Assembly: GCA_947454705.1 (NCBI GenBank) | Contig: CANGKZ010000019.1 | Span: 13,992 to 77,991, forward strand | Source: Verrucomicrobiota bacterium | Lineage (GTDB): Bacteria; Verrucomicrobiota; Verrucomicrobiia; Limisphaerales; UBA9464 | DNA length: 64,000 nucleotides | Direction: 5' to 3' | Shown: positions 1 through 8,021 of the stretch, in pieces | How positions within the stretch are numbered: the stretch's first letter is position 1 | How the letters are laid out: each line of letters opens with the position of its first letter | Made by a program: the position numbers and the translations under genes | Notes under the pieces: model-generated | Told to the model about the DNA's origin: nothing | The model's database searches: none | Seen by the model: only the letters and a program-made list of their open reading frames with translations

Positions 1-116
1 TCAATCCCTTCAACTTCCCAAGTTCCCTCCGCGACTTCTTTCAACCTCGGTTTGCTTCCCGGGTGGCGGTCGGTTAACTCTCCGGGACTCAATTACTCGT
101 TCAATCGATCTGGATT

Positions 117-1673
117 ATGGCCGCCCCCGCCGCTGATACCCGCATTCCCGTCACCGTGCTCACCGGATTTCTCGGTGCCGGCAAGACGACGCTGCTCAAC
201 CACATCCTGACCCGCCAGCACGGCAAACGGATCGCGGTCATCGAAAATGAGTTCGGCGAAATCGGCATCGACAACGCCCTCGTGATCGGCGCGGACGAGG
301 AAATCTTCGAAATGAACAACGGCTGCATCTGCTGCACCGTTCGCGGGGATCTCATCCGGATTCTCGGCCAGTTGCTCAAGCGCCGCGACCGGTTTGACTA
401 CATCATGGTCGAGACCACCGGCCTCGCCGACCCGGGCCCCGTGGCGCAGACGTTCTTCAGCGACGAGGAAATCAAGGAGAGCTTCCGCCTGGATGGCATC
501 GTCACCCTCGTGGACGCCAAGCACATCAGCCTCCACCTCGACGACGCCCCGGAGGCCAAGCAGCAGATCGCCTTCGCGGATCGCATCCTCCTCAACAAGG
601 TGGACCTCGTAACTCCGGCCGAGCTGAACCAGCTCGAGGAAAAAATCCGCAGCATCAACGCGGTTGCCCAGGTGTTCCGCACCACGAAGGCGGACCTCGA
701 TGCCGACAAGGTGCTGCATCTGCACGCGTTCGACTTGAATCAGAAGATGTCGCTCGAAGGCGACTTCCTCGAGCGCGAGCTTCCGTTCGAATGGAGCGGC
801 ACGTTCCATCTCGATGCCGGGGAACACACGCTCCGTTTGGAAGGCGGTCCCGATCCGGCCATGGGCGTGGTGCTGCTGCAGCTCGATACCCACGAAGCCG
901 GCCACGGCGAATGCCACGGGCATGATCACGAACACAAGCACGGCCACGACCATGATCATGATCACAATCATGAGCATGGGCACGAGTGCGACTCCAAGTG
1001 CGATCATGAACACGACCATGACCATGAACACGGGCATGACCACGATCACGATCATGATCACGATCATGAGGAGTGCCATGGCGGATTGCATGACGCCCTG
1101 CACAAGGCGGAGGACGATGCGATCACGCTGTTCAGCTATCCGGCGTCCACGGTGCGCACGGGCGGTGAGCTCAAGCCGGCGCGCAAGTTCTACAAGCTGA
1201 TGATCGGCGAGGATGGCGCAACCTTCCGGGTGAACATTCCCGCGCACGGCAATTACGCGTTGTTCACGCAGCACGGCTTGGTTGAATTCTCGGGTCGGCT
1301 CGAGAAGGGCGGCAAAACGGTGGAGCCTTCGCACGTGCACGAACACGGCGGCCACGCGCATGCGCATCATCACGACGAATCGGTGAGCAGCGTCGGCATT
1401 GAGGAGAAGCGCGATGTGGATCCGAAGAAGCTGAACAACTGGCTCGGCGAGCTCCTGCAGAACAAGGGGGCCGACATCTTCCGCATGAAGGGAATTCTGA
1501 ACCTGAAGGGGGCCTCCACCCGCTTCGTGTTCCAGGGGGTTCACATGACCTTCGAAGGCAAGGCGGACCGGCCGTGGAAGGATGAGTCGGAGCGCAAGAG
1601 CCAGCTGGTGTTCATCGGACGCAACCTCGATCGCGAGGCGCTGAACGCGGGCTTCCGTCGCTGCCTCGCTTGA
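117..1673 (+). CDS. COG0523-family G3E GTPase (CobW/ZigA-like putative metallochaperone) with expanded His/Asp-rich insert
   Basis: 518-aa ORF. P-loop [15 protein letters not shown], CxCC motif [18 protein letters not shown] and NKVDL G-motifs. CobW_C-like C-terminus (IFRMKGIL...QLVFIGRNL). Long HGHDHEH-type tract in the middle. Confidence 0.9.
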   Translation: MAAPAADTRIPVTVLTGFLGAGKTTLLNHILTRQHGKRIAVIENEFGEIGIDNALVIGADEEIFEMNNGCICCTVRGDLIRILGQLLKRRDRFDYIMVETTGLADPGPVAQTFFSDEEIKESFRLDGIVTLVDAKHISLHLDDAPEAKQQIAFADRILLNKVDLVTPAELNQLEEKIRSINAVAQVFRTTKADLDADKVLHLHAFDLNQKMSLEGDFLERELPFEWSGTFHLDAGEHTLRLEGGPDPAMGVVLLQLDTHEAGHGECHGHDHEHKHGHDHDHDHNHEHGHECDSKCDHEHDHDHEHGHDHDHDHDHDHEECHGGLHDALHKAEDDAITLFSYPASTVRTGGELKPARKFYKLMIGEDGATFRVNIPAHGNYALFTQHGLVEFSGRLEKGGKTVEPSHVHEHGGHAHAHHHDESVSSVGIEEKRDVDPKKLNNWLGELLQNKGADIFRMKGILNLKGASTRFVFQGVHMTFEGKADRPWKDESERKSQLVFIGRNLDREALNAGFRRCLA

Positions 1674-1706
1674 TTCGCCTTCGAACCTGATTGTTTCCGC
1701 ATCGCG

Positions 1707-2732
1707 ATGAATCTCTCCGTGCCAGTTCGTCCCTGGGAATGGTTCGCCGGTTTGGGCGAATCCGTATCGCAGGTTTCGTGGTCGTCCGACGGCAACGTGT
1801 TGGCGGTCGGCCTGCTTGACGGTCGGGTGGTGTTGTTGAACGCCGCGAACGGCGCGGTGTTGCAGACCTTCATGGCGCATGCGGATGGACTGTTCCGCAC
1901 GGCGTTTTCATCGAGCCTGCCGCTGCTGGCGACATCGGGTCAGGACGGGTTCATCCGGATCTGGAGCCAAACGGGCGAACGGTTCCAGGAGATCGAAGGC
2001 GGCAAGGCCTGGGCGGAGCAGTTGCTGTGGTCTCCGGGCGGTGACCGGCTCGCCGCAGCGGTGGGGCGCCGGTTGTTCCTCTGGGATGCCGCGTCGCGCA
2101 AGGTGGTCGAGACCGCGGTGCATCGCAGCACGGTGGCCGGGCTTTCGTGGAAAGCCGATGGTTCGGTGTTGGCTGCGGCGTGTTATGCGGGCGTGGAATT
2201 GTGGCGGTCGGCCGATGGGCAGCATCATGGGAGTCTGCCGTGGAAGACGTCGCTGATCTCACTGGCGTGGTCGCCCGATGGACGCTGGGTGGTGGCGGGC
2301 ACGCAGGAGCAGAGCATTCAAATTTGGGAAATTCCGTTCCGCGCGGGCGAGGAGTTGGCGATGTCGGGCTATGCCGCAAAGGTGCGCGAGCTGGCGTGGC
2401 ATTCCGGCGGACGCTATCTCGCCACCGGAGGCGGAACCGAAGTGATGGTGTGGGACTGCGGCGGGCGCGGCCCGGCGGGGACCACGCCGCGAATTTTACA
2501 GGGGCACGAGGCGCGGATCTCCGCGCTGGCGTATCAGCGCGCGGGACACCTGCTCGCGAGCGGCGGTCAGGACGGACAGGTGCTGATGTGGAACGCCGGC
2601 AAATCCTCGCAGGCGCTGCGTCGGATGGATCTTCCGGGCGTGGTCACCGATCTGGCGTGGTCACCCTCGGGGAACCGCGTCGCGGCGGGAACGCGCGATG
2701 GTGCCGTGGCGGTGGGTGGGATTCCGGCCTGA
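1707..2732 (+). CDS. WD40 repeat protein
   Basis: 341-aa ORF with repeated WD40-like units (LATSGQDGFIRIWS, VVAGTQEQSIQIWE, LATGGGTEVMVWD, LASGGQDGQVLMWN, VAAGTRDGAVAV). Starts 34 nt after the GTPase gene. Confidence 0.85.
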   Translation: MNLSVPVRPWEWFAGLGESVSQVSWSSDGNVLAVGLLDGRVVLLNAANGAVLQTFMAHADGLFRTAFSSSLPLLATSGQDGFIRIWSQTGERFQEIEGGKAWAEQLLWSPGGDRLAAAVGRRLFLWDAASRKVVETAVHRSTVAGLSWKADGSVLAAACYAGVELWRSADGQHHGSLPWKTSLISLAWSPDGRWVVAGTQEQSIQIWEIPFRAGEELAMSGYAAKVRELAWHSGGRYLATGGGTEVMVWDCGGRGPAGTTPRILQGHEARISALAYQRAGHLLASGGQDGQVLMWNAGKSSQALRRMDLPGVVTDLAWSPSGNRVAAGTRDGAVAVGGIPA

Positions 2733-2740
2733 AGAAGATC

Positions 2741-2796
2741 GGAGATGGGAGATGGGAGATGGGAGATGGGAGATGGGAGATGGGAGATGGGAGATG
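2741..2796. repeat. Perfect heptanucleotide tandem repeat (GGAGATG)x8
   Basis: Counted directly in the sequence. Followed by degenerate GCAGCTG GCAG units. Begins 9 nt after the WD40 stop codon. Confidence 0.95.
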
Positions 2797-3172
2797 GCAG
2801 CTGGCAGTTTGGGGACTGAACGATGCAGGGCAGTGGGTGCTGGATTTCGGGTCCTGCTTTCCTGCTTTCCAGATTCAATTCCTTCTCTGCGGCTCCGCGC
2901 CTTTGCGGTTTCTAGGCTTCGGATTGCGGGTGGGCGTTGAGCAAAGCGGCGTGGCGCTGCGCTTCCCGCCGCACTCCAAAGTCGGTTTGGCGCGGGCTTC
3001 CGTTGGGGTGGCCCAATGTGAGCGCGTGCGACTTCGGACGGGCGGGTGATCCGCCTTCTTCCGGCGGCGGCTCCAGCAAAACGCCGACGCGGCTGCGTCG
3101 GCGTGCGCCTTAACCCATTCAACGCTTCAACTTTTTTAACCCTTCAACTGCCGCTCCTGCGGCTCCAGTCCT
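2797..3172. repeat. Intergenic mosaic of REP-like modules
   Basis: No credible ORF. Contains gctggatttcgggtcctgctttcc (about 2839-2862), also seen near 60241-60262. Contains ttcaacgcttcaacttttttaacccttcaactgccgc (3118-3154), a module seen at 8 or more other loci, plus several GC hairpins. Confidence 0.7.
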
Positions 3173-4210
3173 TCAGCCCTTCGCCTTGCCGGCGGTCTTC
3201 ACTTCGTTGACCCAGGGCTGATTCGCCAGGTACCAGGCGACGGTTTCCCGGATGCCGGTTTCGAAGGTGTGGGCTGGGACCCATCCGAGTTCGCGCTGAA
3301 TTTTTCCCGCATCGATGGCGTATCGGCGGTCGTGACCGGGACGGTCCTTCACGAACTTGATCAGGGAGCGCGAGTTGCCGCCGTATTGCGGGGCGAGTTC
3401 ATCGACGAGGTCGCAGATGTGATGAACAATGTTGATGTTGGCCCACTCGTTGTGGCCGCCCACGTTGTAGGTCTCGCCGAGGCGTCCGCGGTTCAGCACC
3501 TGCCAGAGGGCTTCGCAGTGGTCGCCCACGTAGAGCCAGTCGCGCACGTTCAATCCGTCGCCGTACACCGGCACGGGGAGGCGTTGGATGAGGTTCTGAA
3601 TGACCACCGGGATGAGCTTCTCCGGAAACTGGTAGGGGCCGTAATTGTTGGAGCAGTTGGTCACCACGGTCGGGAGTCCGTAGGTGTGGTGATACGCCCG
3701 GACCAGCAGGTCGCTCGACGCTTTGCTGGCGGAGTAGGGGGAGTTCGGGGCGTAGGGCGTGGTCTCGGTGAAGAGGCCTTCGGCACCGAGGGAGCCGTAC
3801 ACTTCGTCGGTGGAAACGTGATGAAACCGGTGTTCACCCGGGGACTGATTCCAAGCGTCGCGGCAGGCTTCCAGGAGGTTGAAGGTGCCGACGATGTTGG
3901 TGGAGATGAAATCGCCCGGGCCGCTGATTGAGCGGTCCACATGAGACTCGGCCGCGAGGTGCAGCACGTGGGTGATGGCGTGATCACGCACCACGCGCAC
4001 GACTTCGGTCTTGTCCCGGAGGTCCACTTTTTCGAAGCGGTAGGCGGGATTCTGGTCGGGGCCGCGCAGGTTGGCGAGATGACCGGCGTAGGTCAGGCAG
4101 TCGAGCACGACGAGGCGTTGGATCTCGGGGCGTCCGACGAGGTGACGAACGAGATTGGATCCAATAAATCCGGCGCCGCCGGTGACGAGTAAGTTCATTC
4201 GAAAGGCCAT
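3173..4210 (-). CDS. rfbB: dTDP-glucose 4,6-dehydratase
   Basis: [15 protein letters not shown] Rossmann motif, catalytic [10 protein letters not shown]-terminal [12 protein letters not shown] signature. Start set at the internal ATG (MAFRMNLL); the 72-aa Pro/Ser/Arg-rich extension in the ORF track looks non-coding. Confidence 0.9.
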   Translation of the reverse strand: MAFRMNLLVTGGAGFIGSNLVRHLVGRPEIQRLVVLDCLTYAGHLANLRGPDQNPAYRFEKVDLRDKTEVVRVVRDHAITHVLHLAAESHVDRSISGPGDFISTNIVGTFNLLEACRDAWNQSPGEHRFHHVSTDEVYGSLGAEGLFTETTPYAPNSPYSASKASSDLLVRAYHHTYGLPTVVTNCSNNYGPYQFPEKLIPVVIQNLIQRLPVPVYGDGLNVRDWLYVGDHCEALWQVLNRGRLGETYNVGGHNEWANINIVHHICDLVDELAPQYGGNSRSLIKFVKDRPGHDRRYAIDAGKIQRELGWVPAHTFETGIRETVAWYLANQPWVNEVKTAGKAKG

Positions 4211-4256
4211 GGAATCGGCTAAAACGCGCCCGGAGGCAAGCGTTCGGGACGGGACG

Positions 4257-5222
4257 TCAGGCCTGCGGAGCCGGCTTCCAATGGAGGAGGGAGTCCTCGA
4301 TGGCTTCGTCGACGCTCCGAATCTTGACCCCGGTGGCCAGAAGTTTGGAGACGTCGAGGATGCAATTGGACCGCGGGGTCTTGGCGGCCTGGGCGTAGAA
4401 CTCCGAGTCGTCGCGCCAGAACTCATACTGCCGTCCCGGGGTGAGCACGGCCTGGATCCGGGATACGACCTTGCGCGTGGTCACCCAGCCGGGATTCACC
4501 ACGTTGTAGGTGCCGAAGGCCGCGCGCTTCTCCCACAGATCCAGACACACCCGGGCAAAATCGCCGAGGTGCGAGATGGAGTTCACGTTGTCGTAAACCT
4601 TCGAGTAACGCTGGACCTTGGAGAGGTAGTTGCGCGATTGGTCGACTGAGTTGAAGGGGATCCGCAGGCGCCAGACGAAATGGCCGGAGTGGTTCAACAG
4701 CACCTCTTCGCCCAGGGCCTTGCTGCCGCTGTAAAAGCTGCACGGTCCGTTGCGGAAGCTGAAGTTGGGTTCGTCGGCCTCGGTGAATCCGTGAAACCGC
4801 TCCGGAAATTGAACCAGCTCTTCCTGAACCCGCGGGGTCATGAGATCCCGCTCCACCCGCACGGTGCCGTCGGGATTCCGAACCTTTGCACCAGAAAAGA
4901 TACACCCGGACGACACGTGTCCCCAGGGGATTCCGGCCTCGGAGCAGGCGCAGGCGAGGGTGAGGGGCAGGGTGGCGTTCCCGAGGAGGGTGTCGGCGCG
5001 CTCGAGTTCGCATCCGTCCACGTTCGGTTTCCCGGAGTAGCCGGCGCAGTTGACGAGGAGGTCGAACCGCTCGGACCGGAGGAATCGGAGGAGGACCGGG
5101 AACTGGGAGTAGTCCACCTCGGAGCGACGGAGAATGCGGTAATCCCAGCCGCGGAGTTGCAACTCCTGAACGAAGGCGCTGCCGACGTAGCCGGTGCCGC
5201 CGAGAACGAGGATGCGAGGCAT
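4257..5222 (-). CDS. NAD-dependent sugar epimerase/reductase resembling the bifunctional 3,5-epimerase/4-reductase NRS/ER type
   Basis: 321 aa. N-terminal [14 protein letters not shown]. Blocks [63 protein letters not shown] and [13 protein letters not shown] match my recollection of plant NRS/ER. Lies 46 nt upstream of rfbB on the same strand. Confidence 0.7.
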   Translation of the reverse strand: MPRILVLGGTGYVGSAFVQELQLRGWDYRILRRSEVDYSQFPVLLRFLRSERFDLLVNCAGYSGKPNVDGCELERADTLLGNATLPLTLACACSEAGIPWGHVSSGCIFSGAKVRNPDGTVRVERDLMTPRVQEELVQFPERFHGFTEADEPNFSFRNGPCSFYSGSKALGEEVLLNHSGHFVWRLRIPFNSVDQSRNYLSKVQRYSKVYDNVNSISHLGDFARVCLDLWEKRAAFGTYNVVNPGWVTTRKVVSRIQAVLTPGRQYEFWRDDSEFYAQAAKTPRSNCILDVSKLLATGVKIRSVDEAIEDSLLHWKPAPQA

Positions 5223-5544
5223 CAGAGGATCTCCTCCGAGCGGAGGGTTAGAGACGACCAGGGCGTGGGCAAATTCAGTCCGGCGAATGGGATCCCCGGT
5301 TGGCCGGCGACTGCCGGGACTGGAGCTGGAGTGAATGGCTTGCCGGTGCCGGGGCGGGACACGCTGAGTCGTGTCGCGATGCCGCCGGCGAGGTGAGTGA
5401 CCGTCATGTTCCAGAGATGATTCACCTAGGACCCCGGGGTTGGCAATCCGTAAGGAACCCCCTCGCGGATGGATGGTTTGGAAGGGGGCTTCGGGCGTGA
5501 CCGATGTCGGGGACGCGGAAGTGCCCGGAGTTTTGGATGGACCG

Positions 5545-7296
5545 TTACTGCGGATGAGGCAGCCAGTCCGCCACCAGTTCCCGTTCCACGTTTCGCAGTT
5601 TTGCCTTCGCGAGTGGGATGGCGAGAGCCCGTGCTCGGACGCGCTGCTGGTTGGAGCCCAGCACGGCGACGTGAATCACCCGGCTGAGTACGGTGTCGTC
5701 GGCCGATTCGGGGAGTGTTTCCAACTGATCGAGGGCCGCCTGGGCATTCCCGAGTCGAAGGTAAATCAGGGCCAACGCCTGACGCAGTCCGGGATCCTCC
5801 GGGTTCTTTTGAACCAGCGGCCCGAGGGTCTCCAAATTCTCTCGAAGCCGGGTGCCGAGCAGGGCCTGGGTGATGGCCAGGTCGCGGATGAGCGCGATGT
5901 TGGTGGGATCGAACGTTAGCAATTTTTTGAAGGCCCGCTCGGTGGATGGGAGGTCATCCAGAGAGGCTAGGATCCGCAACATGGCCTGCCCTGCCTTTAC
6001 GGCAAAGGTCGGGGAATCCAGCAGTGCGGTCCACGCCTTGACCGCGGCTGCGGCCTGTCCGCTTTTTTCAGCTGCCGTGGCCACAAAGTACAATCGACGC
6101 GGGTCCGCCCCGCAGGAGACGACGGCATTGGCAAAATGGGCCAGGGCGTCATTGGTGCGCCCGGTCTGGGATGCGGTCAGCGCTTGGAAGGTGTACCGCA
6201 GCATCGGATCGGTGCTCGAGTTGGACGCGCTCGCGGCAAGCTCGGTTTCGATTTCGTCCCACCGCTTCAAATTGGCCAGCGATTGAAGCCGCCGCTCCAG
6301 GGCACCCAGATTGGTGCGCGCCAGGGTGGAGGGAAGGAGGGTGACCGCTTCCTGGTCTGCGCCCCGGCTCGAGAGCCATTCTGCAATCCGAATTCGGTCG
6401 GCAGAAGATTCGGAATTGCGCCCGAAATTGAACTGGTTCTGGATCAGATCGGGCCGCAGTTCGGGTTGCGTTTCCCATTGGATTTCATCGGCCAGGAGCT
6501 GTTCCGACGGGGTGGGGTTGGGCCGCTTCTTGAGCAGCGTTACCAGGACCTTCTTTTCCGATCGGTCGACCCGGCTGCTGGAGGCGAGCAGTTGAATGGC
6601 CGCAGCCGACTGGGCGTTGGTGCCAATGGCCAGCGACCAAAGGAGTGAGCGCCCTCGCATCTCCTCCTCCTGGCTTGCCGGCTGTTGAAACAGGAAGGCT
6701 CCCGCTGCGAGGGTGATCCGGGGATCGTTGGGGAATCGATTCAGGGCGCCGTGGATGTTGGCCCGTGCGGTGTTGAGATCGTCCCTCTGCGAGTCGTGGC
6801 GGAGCAGCAGCAGCCATGACTCCGGACTGTTGATGTTCATCTCCCGCAGTTTGGCCAGGGCGCGCCCTGCGACATCGGTTCGATGCAGATCCAGGGCCAC
6901 ACTGGCGTGTTCCCGGACATCCGCTTCAGTGGCGGTGCCCGTGGCCTCAAGCATTTCCCAATATTGAAGGCTTTGCGGCAGCTGGAATCGAGTGGAGTAG
7001 CGGGCGCTCTGGCGGATCACCTCGGGATTGTCGGGCGTCAACGCCATGGCCGCCGCAAGGGGCCCCTGGGCGCGGGTCAATTCCCCTGCGTCGATGAGCG
7101 CGGCAGCCTGGGTCGCGAGTTTGGTGGCACGTTGAAGCTTGAAATAGCGGTACGTGGGGCGCGCGGTGAAGACCACCACCAGCACGAGGGCCACCGTGGT
7201 GAAGAGCGCGATGGGAATCCACCAGGAGTAATCTCGAAACCCCGCGTGCAGGTCGGGAGTCGGAGGGGTGGAATTATGGCGATTGCCCGAAGTCAA
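5545..7296 (-). CDS. Membrane-anchored TPR-repeat protein
   Basis: 583 aa. One N-terminal TM helix (WWIPIALFTTVALVLVVVF) followed by Ala/Leu-rich helical repeats typical of TPR arrays. Confidence 0.7.
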   Translation of the reverse strand: MTSGNRHNSTPPTPDLHAGFRDYSWWIPIALFTTVALVLVVVFTARPTYRYFKLQRATKLATQAAALIDAGELTRAQGPLAAAMALTPDNPEVIRQSARYSTRFQLPQSLQYWEMLEATGTATEADVREHASVALDLHRTDVAGRALAKLREMNINSPESWLLLLRHDSQRDDLNTARANIHGALNRFPNDPRITLAAGAFLFQQPASQEEEMRGRSLLWSLAIGTNAQSAAAIQLLASSSRVDRSEKKVLVTLLKKRPNPTPSEQLLADEIQWETQPELRPDLIQNQFNFGRNSESSADRIRIAEWLSSRGADQEAVTLLPSTLARTNLGALERRLQSLANLKRWDEIETELAASASNSSTDPMLRYTFQALTASQTGRTNDALAHFANAVVSCGADPRRLYFVATAAEKSGQAAAAVKAWTALLDSPTFAVKAGQAMLRILASLDDLPSTERAFKKLLTFDPTNIALIRDLAITQALLGTRLRENLETLGPLVQKNPEDPGLRQALALIYLRLGNAQAALDQLETLPESADDTVLSRVIHVAVLGSNQQRVRARALAIPLAKAKLRNVERELVADWLPHPQ

Positions 7297-7615
7297 TGGC
7301 CGGACCCTAACTTGAGGAGTGTCGGCGGGAAATCCCGATTTCGGAGTTCGAATCGGATTCGTGGCACCGTTTCGGCATTCGCTTGGAAAGGTCGAATTGC
7401 TGTCTGCGGGGTGGCGAGCGGTTCAGCGGGATGGCGAAATGGGTGGCGGCCTAGGCTGCCGGTCCATGAGCCAAAGTTCCTCGGATCGAGGGTGCGTCGC
7501 CGGCAATTGGGCTGGTTCCGAGGGGGGGATGCGGGGAGTGGAGCCCCCCTGCGGTGAACCGAACGCTTGCCAAAGTGTTTCAGCCGCCTAGTCTCGGCGT
7601 TCCTTTGCTTCTGCC

Positions 7616-7945
7616 ATGCTGACTGTTATTCCTAGCCTTATCGCGCTCCTCGGTGAAGCCACACCTGAGGATGCGAAGCGCGCCAATCTGTACCAGATGG
7701 GCGTCATCGCCTTCATGGTCGTGGTGTTCTACGTCATGATCATCCGTCCGCAGCAGAAGCAGGCCAAGCAGCAGGCGGACCTGGTGAAGGGGTTGAAGAA
7801 GGGGGACAAAGTAGTCACCACCTCCGGAATCATCGGCGTCGTGACTGGAATTCAGGACAATGCCGTCACCCTCCGCTCGGCCGATACCAAGCTCGAAGTG
7901 CTCAAAAGCTCCATCTCCCAGGTCACCGGATCCGTAGAAGCCTGA
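7616..7945 (+). CDS. yajC: Preprotein translocase subunit YajC
   Basis: 109 aa. TM segment followed by IIRPQQKQAKQ...GDKVVTTSGIIGVVTGI, the YajC signature. Immediately upstream of secDF. Confidence 0.9.
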   Translation: MLTVIPSLIALLGEATPEDAKRANLYQMGVIAFMVVVFYVMIIRPQQKQAKQQADLVKGLKKGDKVVTTSGIIGVVTGIQDNAVTLRSADTKLEVLKSSISQVTGSVEA

Positions 7946-8021
7946 GTTCCCCGGTCCTTTCCCAGATTTTAACCCGACCCCGATCTCGATTCCGCGTTCG
8001 ACCGCGATTTCGTCTCAGCCC

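Noticed and set aside
93-1880. Very long ORFs antisense to, or out of frame with, well-supported genes. Examples: 93-1880(-), 8232-10043(-), 11326-12324(-), 13805-15160(-), 19337-20617(-), 21886-22911(-), 35877-37385(-), 37612-39438(-), 39505-40923(-), 40712-42127(-), 46117-48393(-), 49704-51773(-), 54449-57163(-).
   Set aside because: Their translations are Arg/Gly/Pro/His-rich low-complexity strings with no family motifs, while the opposite strand carries clear conserved domains. These are typical shadow ORFs of high-GC DNA.
2741-2796. Possible CRISPR array or coding repeat (GDGRWEM...).
   Set aside because: The unit is only 7 nt with no spacers, and no cas genes are in the window. The array lies after a stop codon, so it is a microsatellite.
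3173-4426. N-terminal extensions offered by the ORF track for rfbB (to 4426), for the secreted protein (28535-30232) and for the XRE gene (to 59632).
   Set aside because: The extensions are Pro/Arg/Ser-rich and, in the second case, overlap the anti-sigma gene. Internal ATGs give proteins with canonical N-termini (GGAGFIG fold, signal peptide, HTH protein of normal size).
5223-5544. 322-bp spacer between the TPR gene and the sugar operon, considered as a possible structured ncRNA.
   Set aside because: I could not recognise any known RNA family signature or strong conserved hairpin. It is probably just the promoter and 5' UTR of the rfb-like operon.
7567-7594. Sigma-70-like promoter TTGCCA-N16-TAGTCT about 22 nt upstream of yajC.
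   Set aside because: It is plausible, but this is a single weak match in a phylum whose promoter consensus I cannot verify. Not reported as a feature.
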